DNA of 64,000 nt from Lytechinus pictus (Eukaryota). Where the stretch lies: positions 67,890,001 to 67,954,000 of the forward strand of contig NC_087246.1 in the NCBI RefSeq assembly GCF_037042905.1. The letters run 5' to 3'. Below the pieces are notes generated by a model. The model ran no database searches and was not told where the DNA came from. It saw only the letters and a list, made by a program, of their open reading frames with translations. The position numbers were made by a program, and so were the translations under genes. Shown one piece after another: positions 22,040 through 34,600 of the stretch; positions within the stretch are counted from its first letter, which is position 1; each line of letters begins with the position of its first letter.

Positions 22040-23380
22040 ATGTTTTGTCGTCAATTCTGGATTCTAGCTGCAATTTGTGGAGGTTTCTTACTGCTGTATT
22101 GTGCACTGCTTACAAATTCAACCTTAAATGCATATTCGTCTACAAGAAAGAAATATGATGCTTATCCTGCATATAATAAATACGTGGCTGTATCATCTAA
22201 TACCTATCCTTCATTTGAAAAACATAAATCTGTGTCAAACCATTCTGGACTATCTAACCGTTGTGTAAGATATTTTTCTGTATGGTTAGGGCCACGCGGA
22301 AGTTGGCCCGAATATGCTGTGATTGAGAATCTTTTAAAAGACGCACAAGATCATAAAAGTACAATCAATAACAGTAGAATTATATTGAGCAAAGAAAATC
22401 CCAGTTTTTTTCAAGAATGTCCAGACTTCACTTGTGATGTAGTCATAATAGGAATGCAGTCAATAGAAAATCGCTCTGTTCTGGAACACAGCGATGCCAT
22501 ATTTTTTAATTTAATGCCTAAAATACATAGAGAGAAAACACATGAATTTTTAGAACAATCAATCAAGGACCTGCCATCTAACATAAAAATTTTGTTTTAT
22601 TCCATGGAAAGTCCACTGATGCTGAATTACTTTGATCCACAAATTGACAGAATCAAATATCATATTGACATGACTTATTTTTCTGACACTGATGTACACC
22701 TTCCGTACGGTCGGTACATTTTCGGAGAGCCGACAGACAGAGAATTGATTAACTATGCCGAAAATAAAACTGACCTTCTTGTGTGGGTTGCTTCCAACTG
22801 TAAAAAAACATTTTGGCCCCGAATGGACTGGGTGAAAAGTCTAGAGAAATTGATAACATTTGATACATATGGCAGATGTGGTAGGAATATTGGCTGTCTT
22901 CCTCGAATGTCCACAGAATGCGCCAGGAAGCGATCCCATTATAAATTCATTCTTGCCTTGGAGAATTCACAATGTGACGGATATGTGACCGAAAAGTTTT
23001 GGTTGAATGGTGTCATGAATGGTATAGTCCCAATTGTTTATGGAGGTACACGTGCCGCTTATGAGCACATAGCTCCCCCCAATTCCTTTATCCACATCGG
23101 TGACTTTTCCTCGCAGCAGGAACTTGTAAACTACCTCCTCAAAGTGGACAAGAATGACAGTCTTTACAATGAATTCTTTGCCTGGCGGAGGCAAGGTCAC
23201 ATTGAGATAGTCTACCCTGATTTGAAGCCTCAGTCTTTTTGCAAAGTCCTCCCAAAATTGTCTGAATCAACTCCTGTCAAGAGTGTCGGGGATTCTAATT
23301 ATTTTCAAAGTTGTAGAGGAGGTGCCAAAAGACCATTTAGTGTGGATGGGGACATTGAAAGCTGGACACCATGGAAATAA
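22040..23380 (+). CDS. Alpha-1,3-fucosyltransferase (GT10 family), type II membrane protein, single coding exon
   Basis: 446-aa ORF with N-terminal TM segment, MESP, MTY..D.DV..PYG, WVASNC, the alpha3-FucT motif YKFILALENSQCDGYVTEKFW, PIVYGG and APPNSFIH; splice acceptor TTTTACAG ends at 22029. Confidence 0.93.
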   Translation: MFCRQFWILAAICGGFLLLYCALLTNSTLNAYSSTRKKYDAYPAYNKYVAVSSNTYPSFEKHKSVSNHSGLSNRCVRYFSVWLGPRGSWPEYAVIENLLKDAQDHKSTINNSRIILSKENPSFFQECPDFTCDVVIIGMQSIENRSVLEHSDAIFFNLMPKIHREKTHEFLEQSIKDLPSNIKILFYSMESPLMLNYFDPQIDRIKYHIDMTYFSDTDVHLPYGRYIFGEPTDRELINYAENKTDLLVWVASNCKKTFWPRMDWVKSLEKLITFDTYGRCGRNIGCLPRMSTECARKRSHYKFILALENSQCDGYVTEKFWLNGVMNGIVPIVYGGTRAAYEHIAPPNSFIHIGDFSSQQELVNYLLKVDKNDSLYNEFFAWRRQGHIEIVYPDLKPQSFCKVLPKLSESTPVKSVGDSNYFQSCRGGAKRPFSVDGDIESWTPWK

Positions 23381-24389
23381 ACAAGGAATCACGCTCTGAT
23401 CAGGTACACTTCAGAATATCATTATAATATATTCATGTGAGGAGTTAAGAAAGAATTTTTTTTTTCTCAATGTAAAATGTAGGTACATGTTCCTTTAATT
23501 TATCTTGTTGTTGTTGCAGGAGTTTCTGCATTTACTGTATACCAATAGCTGAAATTAATTTACAATACAGAAATATAATCATAATATGGCAAAATGTTAT
23601 AATAGAGGAGTAATAATAGAGTTTGGACAATATTGAAATTTTAAACACCCTAGGGTATTCAGCTGCAGGCGCATACCCTCATCCACTCCCCTCAGATGCC
23701 CTCAACGGCCTCCCGCAGTCACCCTGGGGAGCATCATGACCTTTCACGAGGCGAGCACTGTAGAGCCCTGTGGTATTCACACTTTATGATACAAACTTCA
23801 GATGATTTAGAATTAAAATTAACATGGTCTTATGTTGTATAAATAATAAAACAAACCCTCTAATTCTGTAGCTGTCTTTAAATTTTAATTGATGGTATTG
23901 AATGCATTCAATACATATACTTGTAGATCCATAAACCTCAAAGGTGTGCTTTTTTTCAATTGTGAATCTCTTATTTTGTTGTATGATTTTACAATTGCAT
24001 GGTCAGCTGATAGACTTTTCCTTCAGCCTTATTACTTGGGAATGAATAATTTATTTGTGTCCAGAAAAGAATACAGTAGTTTCTAAACAAATATTTCAAT
24101 TTTTTTTAATATGCTGGGTAATAATGTAAAAAGCGCTTTAATAGAGACTTGCAATTTTGCCTATGTGTTTTGCACTATACAAAAATGTTACATTACTGAT
24201 AGTAATCTATGATGGCATTTAGCAATTTGGCAATGGTCTTCAATTTTGTATTAATGGGAAATGTTGTTGCAATATCGAGCTGATCCCACAAAATTCCATT
24301 TGATAGAGTTTAATTGAAAATATGTGAAAGTGGAGAAGCCATTAAAATAAATTAGTTGTCAAGGCAAATGTACACTGATACAGGTTTAA

Positions 24390-25135
24390 CCCTAACTCTC
24401 CCAGGGTATTTTGATTTTGTCATTCCTGGGGGGGGGGGGGATCTCGGCCGCCAATCGAGCGATGCAAAAATTTGCACGCTGGTAGTGTGCGATGTAATCT
24501 ACAAGGCTGTATGGTAAAATTTTCAAAAATAATGAGATTTTATTTTATATGAATTAATTATGCTAATTTATGCATAAATCATACTTTTTGCTCTAATTCA
24601 CTAAATAAAGCTCCTAGAATGCTAATTTTTGGTAAAAATATTCTTTGTAGCATTCTTAACAATCGCAATTAAAAAAACTTCAGTTTGAAAATCAATTTCT
24701 TGTGTATTTTATTGTTTTATGAATTTCTTATGTATTTCTATGTTTTTTTACTTTTTGTTTTTTATTGTTTTTTCAATGGAAATCGTTTCAGACTTAATTC
24801 TGACCATAAACAAGGCAAAATTAATTAAGTTTAATCAGTAAAAGTAGAAATAATGATACATTTATGAATTTTGGCTAAATACACAATTTGCATTGGATTT
24901 GTAGGTATGAAATCACGTTTATGAGCAATTTTGGGTCTGACATGCACTTACATAATGTTGCGTAATGTCGTAACCATGTACCCAGGCGTCACAAATTTGG
25001 TCTCAAAGTTGGCACGAGACTTGAAAGTAAAAAGTCAGTAAGCGGTAAGGTAAAAAAAATCTGCGCAGAAGATATATCGAGAAAATTGTCGAGGGGGGGG
25101 GGGGCCATTATGGCCCCCCCCCGGGAGAATTAGGG
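24390..25135. mobile_element. piggyBac-like MITE (same interior as 15886-16638)
   Basis: TTAA TSDs; TIR CCCTAACTCTCCCAGG / CCGGGAGAATTAGGG. Confidence 0.88.
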
Positions 25136-25174
25136 TTAAAAGATCAAACAATTTCATGAATTTGGTAGGATTAA

Positions 25175-26581
25175 AAGGGATTCCAACCTAAATAAAAACT
25201 TGTTTTAGAGGAAAAAGAAGAATCAGACAAATTGATAGATGAATGTTTGAACAATATCGGATAAACAATAAGAAAGTTGTGAATTTTTAAAACTTGTAAA
25301 AATTGTTAATCATGCTGCCTCATGAAGACTTTAAATTGGACACATATGTGATGTCATAGTGATATAATAATAGCAAGGGCTACTCTTCCGTGCACTCCAA
25401 TATATAATATGGCTAAAATGTCATTTTTGTCAAAAGTTTTACTTCAAATTACATTTTTCTTTCATCAGGACATAAAACAATATACTAACTGGGTTATATT
25501 TAGATTATTGCCCCAGGGGAATTGGTACTTGTAGGAGAAAAACACAAATCCCTGATTATTAAGTACATTGCCTATGGAAAAGTAGCCTTCTGTCAAGGCC
25601 CTCGCGACTTAGCTCTATCCTAGTCAGGTAGTGGCTGAAACGAGACTAGCGGCCTACGAAGATTACTGGCGATACCCGAGTGAACGCGCGAGCCGAACGA
25701 CTTGTCGTGAGGGCCTTTTGGAATCTGGGTTCACCGCTTGCTATGAATTATTCATGAGCATGCTAATTAGTCTCCCTCCGAATATTGACCAATCAGAACA
25801 GCAGCTTCACACTGCCTGCCACCGTGGTTCGTTATACCCGACGCTGACACTGTCGGAGGTGTGCAGTCTATGGTGGTTCTGGTGCCTGCGACCTGATTTC
25901 GAAGATAATCCTTGCACAACGGGATGGCCTGGTAAATGGTATTTTGCCATATCCAGTGGGGAGAGTTACGACGTATCGTGTCCTCGGAGGGCTGATAGAA
26001 TCACCCTCAGTTGTAGTTCCTTGAAAATGCTGATATTTTCAGCATTCGATGCAATTTCTGTACTTTTCAGCAATAATTATTCGTACTCGAAGACAGCCAG
26101 GATGAATTGCGAGAGTCGATATTTGCATATTTGCACATTTGATATTTGCATATTTAATAATCATGCAAGAAACGTTCGCTGATTGGCCGCTACCTCTCAG
26201 GTAGCAATTCCGACTTGGAAACATTGGTTAACATAAGAAATCCAAGTCAGGTTCCAAAAGGCCCTCACCACAAGTCGTTCGGCTCGCGCGTTCACTCGGG
26301 TATCGCCAGGCCGCTAGTCTCGTATCAGCCACTACCTGACGAGGATAGAGCCAAGTCGCGAGGGCCTTGACAAATGGCTAATGGGAAAATTGTCCTTGCC
26401 CTTTGTCAAAATTTACTTACCCAGTTGCCAATTTGAAATCTACATAGTCTTAGGGATCTCAATCTTAAAGAAGCCATAACTTTCTTATTGCCTGTCCAAT
26501 TTCTTTCAAACTTTCATCATTCTGTTTTGTTTATTTTTCTCCTTTCCAACAATAATTTATGTCCAAAGAAGGATTCCCTTT
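25175..26581. mobile_element. Kolobok-like MITE containing the Academ-like insertion
   Basis: TTAA flanks; AAGGGATTCC..., ...GGATTCCCTTT termini; imperfect inverted arms. Confidence 0.65.
25583..26380 (-). mobile_element. Non-autonomous AcademH-like transposon, copy 1 (degraded RecQ fragment)
   Basis: TAGCC...GGCTA termini; ~140-bp TIRs; imperfect 9-bp TSD ATGGAAAAG / ATGGGAAAA; LPTGYGK retained on the minus strand. Confidence 0.8.
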
Positions 26582-27059
26582 TTAAGAAATAAGGAACATT
26601 GTGCATGCTTACCTAAATATGTAGAAAAGTTGTTTGCATTTGTACAATTTTAGATGCAATTAGGGTTAGGGCCAAGTTTTGTTAACTAGATCCATAAACT
26701 TTCTTCTGAGTTATGATGGTAATTCCACAAAGACCCCCAACATGGTCTAAGTTCATTAACCCTAAATGACCTTTGACCTTGGTCATGTGACCTCAAACAT
26801 CTTCCCAGCCCCCTGGACTCAAATCAGTTTTAATAGACCATTGAATGTCATTTGGGTTTTTCTGACATATCCATGGTCATGATTTTTTTTTAAAATCAAT
26901 ATTTCAGTAATGAAATGACACTATTATATAATAATAATCATTATCATCATCATCATCATCGCTATCATCATCATTATTACTACTACTTATACTGTGCTTT
27001 TCCCAATTGGCCCAACATGATTACAATGAACTAATTGAGTGGAACTATTTAATCTTAAA

Positions 27060-29310
27060 ACTACGAAAGAGATGGTGAAGACCGGTCTTGAGATTCACAA
27101 GGAAATATATCGTGATGCGTGTAAACAACATGATGAAACCTTGAAGAAAGCAAAGACCGACCATCTGACCGCAGAAATAGCCGGATGTGACACTAAACAA
27201 CTGTTCAGATTCGTCAGAAGATTTTCCAATCCATCTCGTGAATCGATCCTTCCAGATCATGACGATGACAAGGAGTTAGCTGATAGATTTGGAGAATTCT
27301 TCCACAACAAAATCCAAACGATAGTAAATGATGTACCTGGTTCTTTAGTGGGAGCTTCTATGACATCTACACTTATGCACAGCTTCACAGAGTTTGAGCC
27401 TGTCACTGAGAACCAGGTAAAGATGATCATCCGCCAAAGCCCTTCAAAGTATTGTGACCTTGATCCGGTACCAACGTGGCTTGTGAAAGCGTGTCTCGAT
27501 GAACTGTTACCTCATGTAACTCGAATCATAAATTCATCCCTTTCATCGGGAACCATGCCTGATATGTTAAAGTCAGCATTGGTTATGCCTCTCCTGAAGA
27601 AGCCAAAACTGGACCACAATGATATGAAAAGCTACCGGCCTGTTGCGAACCTCATGTTCATTGCTAAGATCTTGGAGAAAGTCGTCTCGGTACAACTACG
27701 CGCCTACTTGCATGAACACGGGTTGTTCCCACTTATGCAGTCTGCATATAGACACTTCCATTCAACAGAGACCGCACTTGCCAAATTAATGGATGATCTC
27801 CTTCTCGCCGTTGACAGGGGCCAAGAAGCGATTCTTGTCCTACTGGACTACTCTGCAGCATTTGAGACAATCAACCATGAACTACTCATTCACACACTGA
27901 CTCATAGATATGGCATTCAAGGAGTTGCACTGAAATGGTTAATATCCTACCTTGAGAATCGCCATCAGAGGATCAGAATTAATGGAACAAATTCTAAAAT
28001 GTTTCCTCTCCCCTGGGGTGTCCCCCAAGGGTCAGTGGTTGGCCCCCTGGAATTCATCTTGTACACAGGTCCACTGACTTCTATCATTGCTGCTCACCAA
28101 GGGATTCATCATGTAGTATATGCTGATGACACTCAGATATACATGTACATTGTTGTTAAGCCTGGTGATCAAACGGACGCTGTGGGTAAACTACAGGGAT
28201 GCTTGGATGATGTTCGACGGTGGTCAGTTGACAACCAGCTCATGCTGAACGGATGTAAAACTGAAATCCCCCATGTCACTTCACAGTTTAGGAAGACCAC
28301 ACCACTCTCCGGTCTGCGGATTGGTGACAATGCTACCTGTTCCACCTCTGAAACTGTGCGTGATCTGGGCGTCACACTGGATGACAAGCTGACTATGAGA
28401 CAACACATCAGAAACACGTGTCGGTCTGCAGGGTTTGGATTATCCAAAATAGGAAAGATAAGGAAGTATCTGGATAGTGCGAGTGCGGAAAGACTTGTAC
28501 ATGCTTTCATCACAACACATCTTGATTACTGCAATAGCCTCCTGATCGGACTTCCCAAAACTCAAATAACTCCATTACAGCACATACAAAACGCCGCCGC
28601 AAGGCTCATAACACGCTCAAGGAAATTTGAACACATCACCCCAATTCTCCAATCCTTGCACTGGCTTCCAATCCAACAAAGGCTACAATTCAAGATCCTT
28701 CTCCTCACCTTCAAGGCCAAGCACGGCATCGCACCTGCATATCTCACTTCACTGATCACATCCAAAGCGACTACTGGTTCCCGTACACTTCGTTCTTCAG
28801 CACATGCACACCTAGATCTCGCACCTGGACCCCGCACCTGCACGAGATACGGCGATCGCGCCTTCTCTTCAATTGCACCCACTCTCTGGAATAGACTTCC
28901 TACCCAAATCCGTGATGCTCCTTCTGTGAATGCTTTCAAGAGCAGACTAAAGACATTTCTGTTTAATTCTTCCTTAATATCTTTATTATGTGGTACTTAA
29001 GTTATTTAAATTTCATTATTATTATGATTATATTATGATGCATATTTAAGCAATTTTTGTGTATTCAATGATAGGGCATAACATTTTCACCTTAGCCCTA
29101 CTTAAATGAATAGATTGAATTTGACCTGATGTAATAATAATACCAGAACATGCTATCAGTAATGTATATAATTATGTTGAACTCAGATTTTTGTAAAGTA
29201 TTATATACATGTTTACTAATTTGTTATTGTAAAGCGCATTGAAATTTTCATGTAATGCGCTATATAAATGTAACTTTTATTTATATTATTATTATTTATT
29301 ATATATTATT
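27060..29310 (+). mobile_element. 5'-truncated L2 LINE (RT ORF 27039-29000 open) with L2 3' tail
   Basis: YRPVANL, QSAYR..HSTETAL, LLDYSAAF, GVPQGSVVGP, YADD, LDYCNSLL, LHWLP; tail TGTAAAGCGCATTG..GCGCTATATAAATG(TTA)n. Confidence 0.92.
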
Positions 29311-29624
29311 TTTAATTCATTTTTGAAAATTGCTAGTGTTGGAAACTGTCTACATGTAATATAGCGAATCATTCCAGCATTTTGAAGATGTAAAGTTCTA
29401 TTGTTAATGTATGAGTTGATGATACAAAGAGGGTCACCAGTGACCTAAGTGCTCTTACAGTAAAACCATTACTTAAATACTCTGAAGCCTGTTTATTGAA
29501 TGTTTTGTAGCTAATCAAGATAATAATGGTGATAATAATAACAATGTTTAACTATTTGTCAGTTTCCAGGGAGTCTGTATCCTCATCTCTACTTTCCCTT
29601 ATTTGTGCTTGCTTCAATCACTAT

Positions 29625-29926
29625 GGCCCGTATTCTGAAGTCAGGTTTAACTTCAACTCAGGTTTAAAGTTGTGGTTTAAGTATGGAAAGCCAAAAGTAT
29701 CGAAATTTTTCATTAAGTTGTATGTATCTTATGTTTACTGTGCTCTTTCCTGATTCATCGATGGTGAAGTCAATCATCTATTATACTTCCTACACAATAA
29801 TGAATGATTTGAGAGCTGAAAGTATGATATCTCTACTTTTAGTGATTATGTAACAATTGGCTGTCCATACTTACATTACAACTTTAAACCTGAGTTTAAG
29901 TTAAACCCGACTTCAGAATACGGGCC
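29625..29926. mobile_element. PIF/Harbinger-like MITE
   Basis: TIR GGCCCGTATTCTGAAGTC.GGTTTAAC; TAT duplication; related copies at about 31159-31458 and 51233-51636. Confidence 0.85.
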
Positions 29927-29958
29927 TATGTAACTTACATTTTAGTGACCATTGTTAA

Positions 29959-30537
29959 AGGACAAGTCCAACCCAACAAAAACTTAATTTGAATAAAAAG
30001 AGACAAATCCCAACAAGCATAACACTGAAAATTTCATCAATATTGGATGTAAAATAAGAAAGTTATGACATTTTAAAATTTTGCTTAATTTCACAAAACA
30101 GTTATATGCACATCCTGGTTGGTATGCAAGTGAGGAGACTGATGACGTCATCCATTCACTATTTTTTTAAAGTTTATTATGTGAAATATGATATATTCTA
30201 ATTCTAAACATCGATTAATTCCTCCTTGATCATGTGGAGTTAGCATTGTGTAATACTCTATATTTCAGTCAAGTTGGTTCCTATTGTCAAATTTGTAAAA
30301 AATGGAATATTGTATAATTCAAACAATAAAAAAAAAGTCAGTGAGGGACATGATCGACTGTCTCATTTGCATGTCACTAAGTTGTGCATATCACTGTTTT
30401 GTGAAAAGTAAGCGAAACTTTAACATTTCAAATTTTCTTTTTTTTACATCCGATTTTGATGAAACTTATCAGTGTTATGCTAGTTTGATTTTTCTCTGTT
30501 TATTCAAATCAACATTTTCCTTTGGTGGACTTGACCT
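29959..30537. mobile_element. Kolobok-like MITE
   Basis: TTAA TSD; TIR AGGACAAGTCCA / TGGACTTGACCT. Confidence 0.8.
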
Positions 30538-31158
30538 TTAAATGTTTTTATTCTTAATGTTGCCTCTTATTCTCTTTCCAGTTCTTCTTTTGACTTACCT
30601 CTATTTACCTCCCTTTTCTCATCCTTTTCCTCTCCTCTTTCAGTCCCTTTTTCCACATTATTGGCACCTTATAGTAACTATGTTATGGCTTTTGGCATCT
30701 ATCTTACATGTATGAAGCATTTCTTTTTCATCTGTATGAATCTGTATTGTATTTGAATAATTAGCTATAATGTTTACTTTATATTTTGTTATGTTTCTAT
30801 TTTTACATGTAACAGTTACACATTTTAGTCTTTGACTGCTTGTGTTTGTATTTTGGTAGTTTTAGCGAAATAAATCCAATATACATGAGTAATTTGAACA
30901 ATATTCTCTGTTTCCAAGGAAGCTAGTGAAGTGAATTAAAGAGTGGCTGGGAAGGACGATCTCCAGAAACCTGTCAAGTTTATAGTTGTTGAATACAAAT
31001 TGGATGATGAGAGCGATTAGTAGAAAGAAGCCCATTGCAGTAATCATATGAGAAAGAACTAATTAACAAACAGTTACGGTTGATCTAATCAATCGTAACT
31101 ATATGGAAATCCATCAGTGTCATAATTTTCTCAACAGGAAATTTGCGCAATATCCTTT

Positions 31159-31458
31159 GGCCCGTATTCTGAAGTCTGGTTTAACTTAAACTCGGGTTTA
31201 AAGTTGCGGTTTAAGTATGGATAGCCAATTGTTAAATAAATCACAAACAGTAGAGATATCATATTTCAGCTTAGTTGGCTCTCAAATCATTCATAATTGT
31301 CTAAGAAGTATAAATAGATGATTGTCTTCACCATCGATGAATCAGGAAAGAGCACAGTAGACATAAGAAACATACAACTTAATAAAAATTTTGACACTTT
31401 TGGCTTCCCATAATTCTAGCACAAAGTTAGACCATGGTCTAAGTTAAACCTGACTTCA
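31159..31458. mobile_element. Harbinger-like MITE (inverted copy of 29625-29926)
   Basis: Same TIR, interior in reverse orientation; right end clipped. Confidence 0.8.
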
Positions 31459-31515
31459 CGGAGAATCACAGTGAAAATGGGTGGGTGTGTTTGAGTGTAG
31501 GAAGGGTGTACTCAC

Positions 31516-31603
31516 CAGAGCTCTGAAGGGCAACCATCCCAGGAGCAGTAGCCGATACCTGCGTTACCATGGTACCATAACCAAACTTCTCCATTTTGCT
31601 CAC
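31516..31603 (-). CDS. TBC1D32: BROMI coding exon 17
   Basis: [29 protein letters not shown]; CAG / GTGAG. Confidence 0.92.
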
Positions 31604-34600
31604 CTGGTAAAATACCAAACACAAAGTAATGGACAGGTTACGTCAAAACCAACAATAAGTCGCCCAAAATGAACTTTGAGATTTTTATTGAACTTGAAGA
31701 ATAAGTTTTTAAAGCTTTAAAATGATAAATTACTTGTCAAAACTGATCAACAAAATCTCACACATATACTTAGTTGAATGTAGAAGAAATTAAGTGAGAG
31801 CTTCAGAGAATGAGGAGAAAACAATGTTTGGAGTTTTTGGTATTAGATATGCACACAACGCATTCTTGGTGAATCTTCCAAGAAGTCTGAAAAATATGAT
31901 GTCAAAGATACTCTTGTATCTCATTTTTTATTCAACTTTACAATTTCAAATTTTGACAGAATGAAGAAGAGCTACTCTATTAGATAAGCAATCTTTTTTA
32001 ATATTAACTTTTTTAAGACCAAATTATTATTTTTGGTATCGACAGAGAGACTTTCCTGGCGACTGATTGTTGGTTTTGGGTGACTGCTTAGCAGGGAAAA
32101 AAATACTTTTTTTTTTACAGGAGCCATTTTTCTCACTGGTCACAAATTTATGGGAGCCATTTTTCAATTTCCAAGAGCCATTTTTTAATTTGCTAGAGCC
32201 ATCTTTAAAATAAAAAAAAGAAACATCATTTGTAATTATTATCATGTTAGACATGTTGAATTTGAAGTAGGCCTATTGTTTGTTGTATTTTAATGTGCCA
32301 TATAATACCATTTCTTTTACCAACAAAAGTAATGATTGCAATAATGCCATTTAATGTGTCATCTCTAATATTTTTTTACTAATAAAAGTAATGAATGATT
32401 TACTTAGATGCCATTTGTCTTTATTTAGTGCTATTGTAGAAAAATCTCCGAAAAATCTCAAAGAAAGAATAAAGGAAAGAAGAAAATGTTTCCCTCATTC
32501 TTTGAAATTAAAAAGGAAAGGAAAGAAAAAGAAAGAAATGGAAGATGAATTAATGTGTAAAAGAATGAATGAAGGCGAGAAAGAAAAGGAAAGTAAGAAA
32601 AAATGAGGAGGAAAGAAAAAGGTTTCCTTTATTCTTTGAAAGAACTAATTATGAAAAACAGGGAGGAAGGAAGGAAATAACATTGAAGGAAAGAATGAAA
32701 GGATGAAAGAGAGGTAGGAAAGAATGAAGGAGAGAGAGAATGAAAAAAGGTAAATAATCAAAGAAGGAAAGAGAACAAAAAGAAAGAGGAGACGAAGGGA
32801 GAAGGAAGCAAGCAAAAAGAAAATCTCAAGGAAAGAAAGAATGAAGGAATAAAGAAGAAAAAAATAATGAAAAACAATGAGGGAAATAAGTAAGAATGAA
32901 TGAAGAAAATAAATGAACACAGAATTAAAGGAAGGAAAGCTAGGAAATAAAGATAGATGGAATGAAAAAAGGAATTCAGGTAAGATAGAAGGATGAAGAA
33001 ATAAGGAATGGAAAGAAAGAAAAAAATAAGAGAGAAAAAGAAAAATCAGGAAGGAAAGAAAGAATAAGGGAAAAGAAAAGGAAAAAAAGAATGAAGCTAA
33101 GAGAGAACTAAAAAATAAAGAACTTTTGAAGGAAGAAAGAAGGGATGACCGTCAGAAAAAAGAACAATAAGAAGAACGAGAGGAAGAGAAAAGGGAGCAA
33201 ACAAACATTTAAGGAAAGAAAAAAGGAGTATGAAAAGGAAAGGAAAGAAAAATTAACAGAGAGAGAGAGGATCAGGAAAGAAAGCAAGGAAAGAGTGAAA
33301 ACAAAGATAGATGGAACAAAAAAGGCCAGCAGGAGGAAGGATTGAAAAGATTTAAGAAAAAGAAAGAAAGAAAGAGAGAGGAAAGAAAGTTCAAACTTAA
33401 AAAAAAATCCAATCATCATCTAAAAAAAAACAAAGATATTTTTTTATTTATCTTAAAAATTGGCAAAAGAAGCTGCTGAAAACTGCTTATCTAAAAAAAG
33501 AGCCAATGGAGTAAATTAGAGAGTCAAAAGGGGCCTAAGCTTTCGATCTTAGCAGAATCTTCGTCGGAGGCAAAATGACAAACATATAATGTCGAACAAC
33601 CACAATATAGACCACAGACATTCAACAGCAACACTAGAAACAAGGAGACAAAAGGGGCTTTAGTGAGAAGAGATGACCAAACAGGTTAATGAAGGGGATG
33701 AAAGAAAAGGAGTGGGCAGACACAAAGGGAAGTTGGTGTAAGGCCAAAGAAAGACCTCAAGCCAAGAGGGATTAAGATGTGAGGCAGGCAACAGGATCTG
33801 GAACAAAACAGTGATAGAGGGTATGAGGAAGAGATGAATAACAAGAGAATTAGTGAGAGGTGGGTCAAACAGGTAACAAAGAAAGGCATAATAAACTGGT
33901 GCATAAGAGTGGGGAAAAGGGAAAGAATGGAGAACAACTGATAATGTGCAAAAGACATAAGTATGTATGATGGAGTAATAAACAAACTAAGAGAAGTAAG
34001 AAAGTGTAAAAAAAAATTAAAAAAAACCTGTAAGAATGAAAGTATGTAAATATTTCCATAAAGGAATGTATATGAAAAGAAAAATATATATATATATATA
34101 TATACAAAAGGTGTAACTGATATAGTAATCCACTGGGTGTGAGGGGAAAAAACAGAAAACTATATATTAAAAAAAAAAAAAAAAAAAACCTGTATAAATC
34201 TCTTAAAAATTGATAGAAAACTAAAATGTTTTAGAATAAATTATAAGATTTCAAAGTAAAACATTGTCAAATTTGAAAATTAGGTGAATCATCACGGCAT
34301 CACGCACACATAGCTACAAGTTCACACCGATCGCAAGACTCAAAACGAAAGATGATTAATCAATAACTTGCTCCTCTAATCACATCACCATATCAGTAAT
34401 ATGAAAATACATATAATTATTACAATTGACGCCGATTTTGTGATTATTTTGGTGGAAAAACTATTTTTCATGTGAGATTGTTCACTCTGATTGATCAGGG
34501 ATGTGCAGGTCTGGAGTACAGGGAAGCACAGCCTGCATGCCTGCCACACACGGGCGGGAGGCCAGGCCATGTGCACCGGCTAGTACATGTTTGTATGCTG

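Noticed and set aside
25631-26182. 183-aa plus-strand ORF as a transposase
   Set aside because: No transposase motifs; not kept open in the second copy; the recognisable coding signal (RecQ) is on the minus strand.
30862-31047. Next BROMI exon or a small membrane protein
   Set aside because: The candidate acceptor gives GFWRSSFPATL then a stop, with no similarity to the expected peptide and no other support.
32391-34107. Phe/Leu/Ser-rich or Lys/Arg/Glu-rich ORFs as membrane or charged proteins
   Set aside because: Translations of purine/pyrimidine low-complexity tracts; likewise 5977-6307, 13790-14104, 14950-15321 and 56194-56493.
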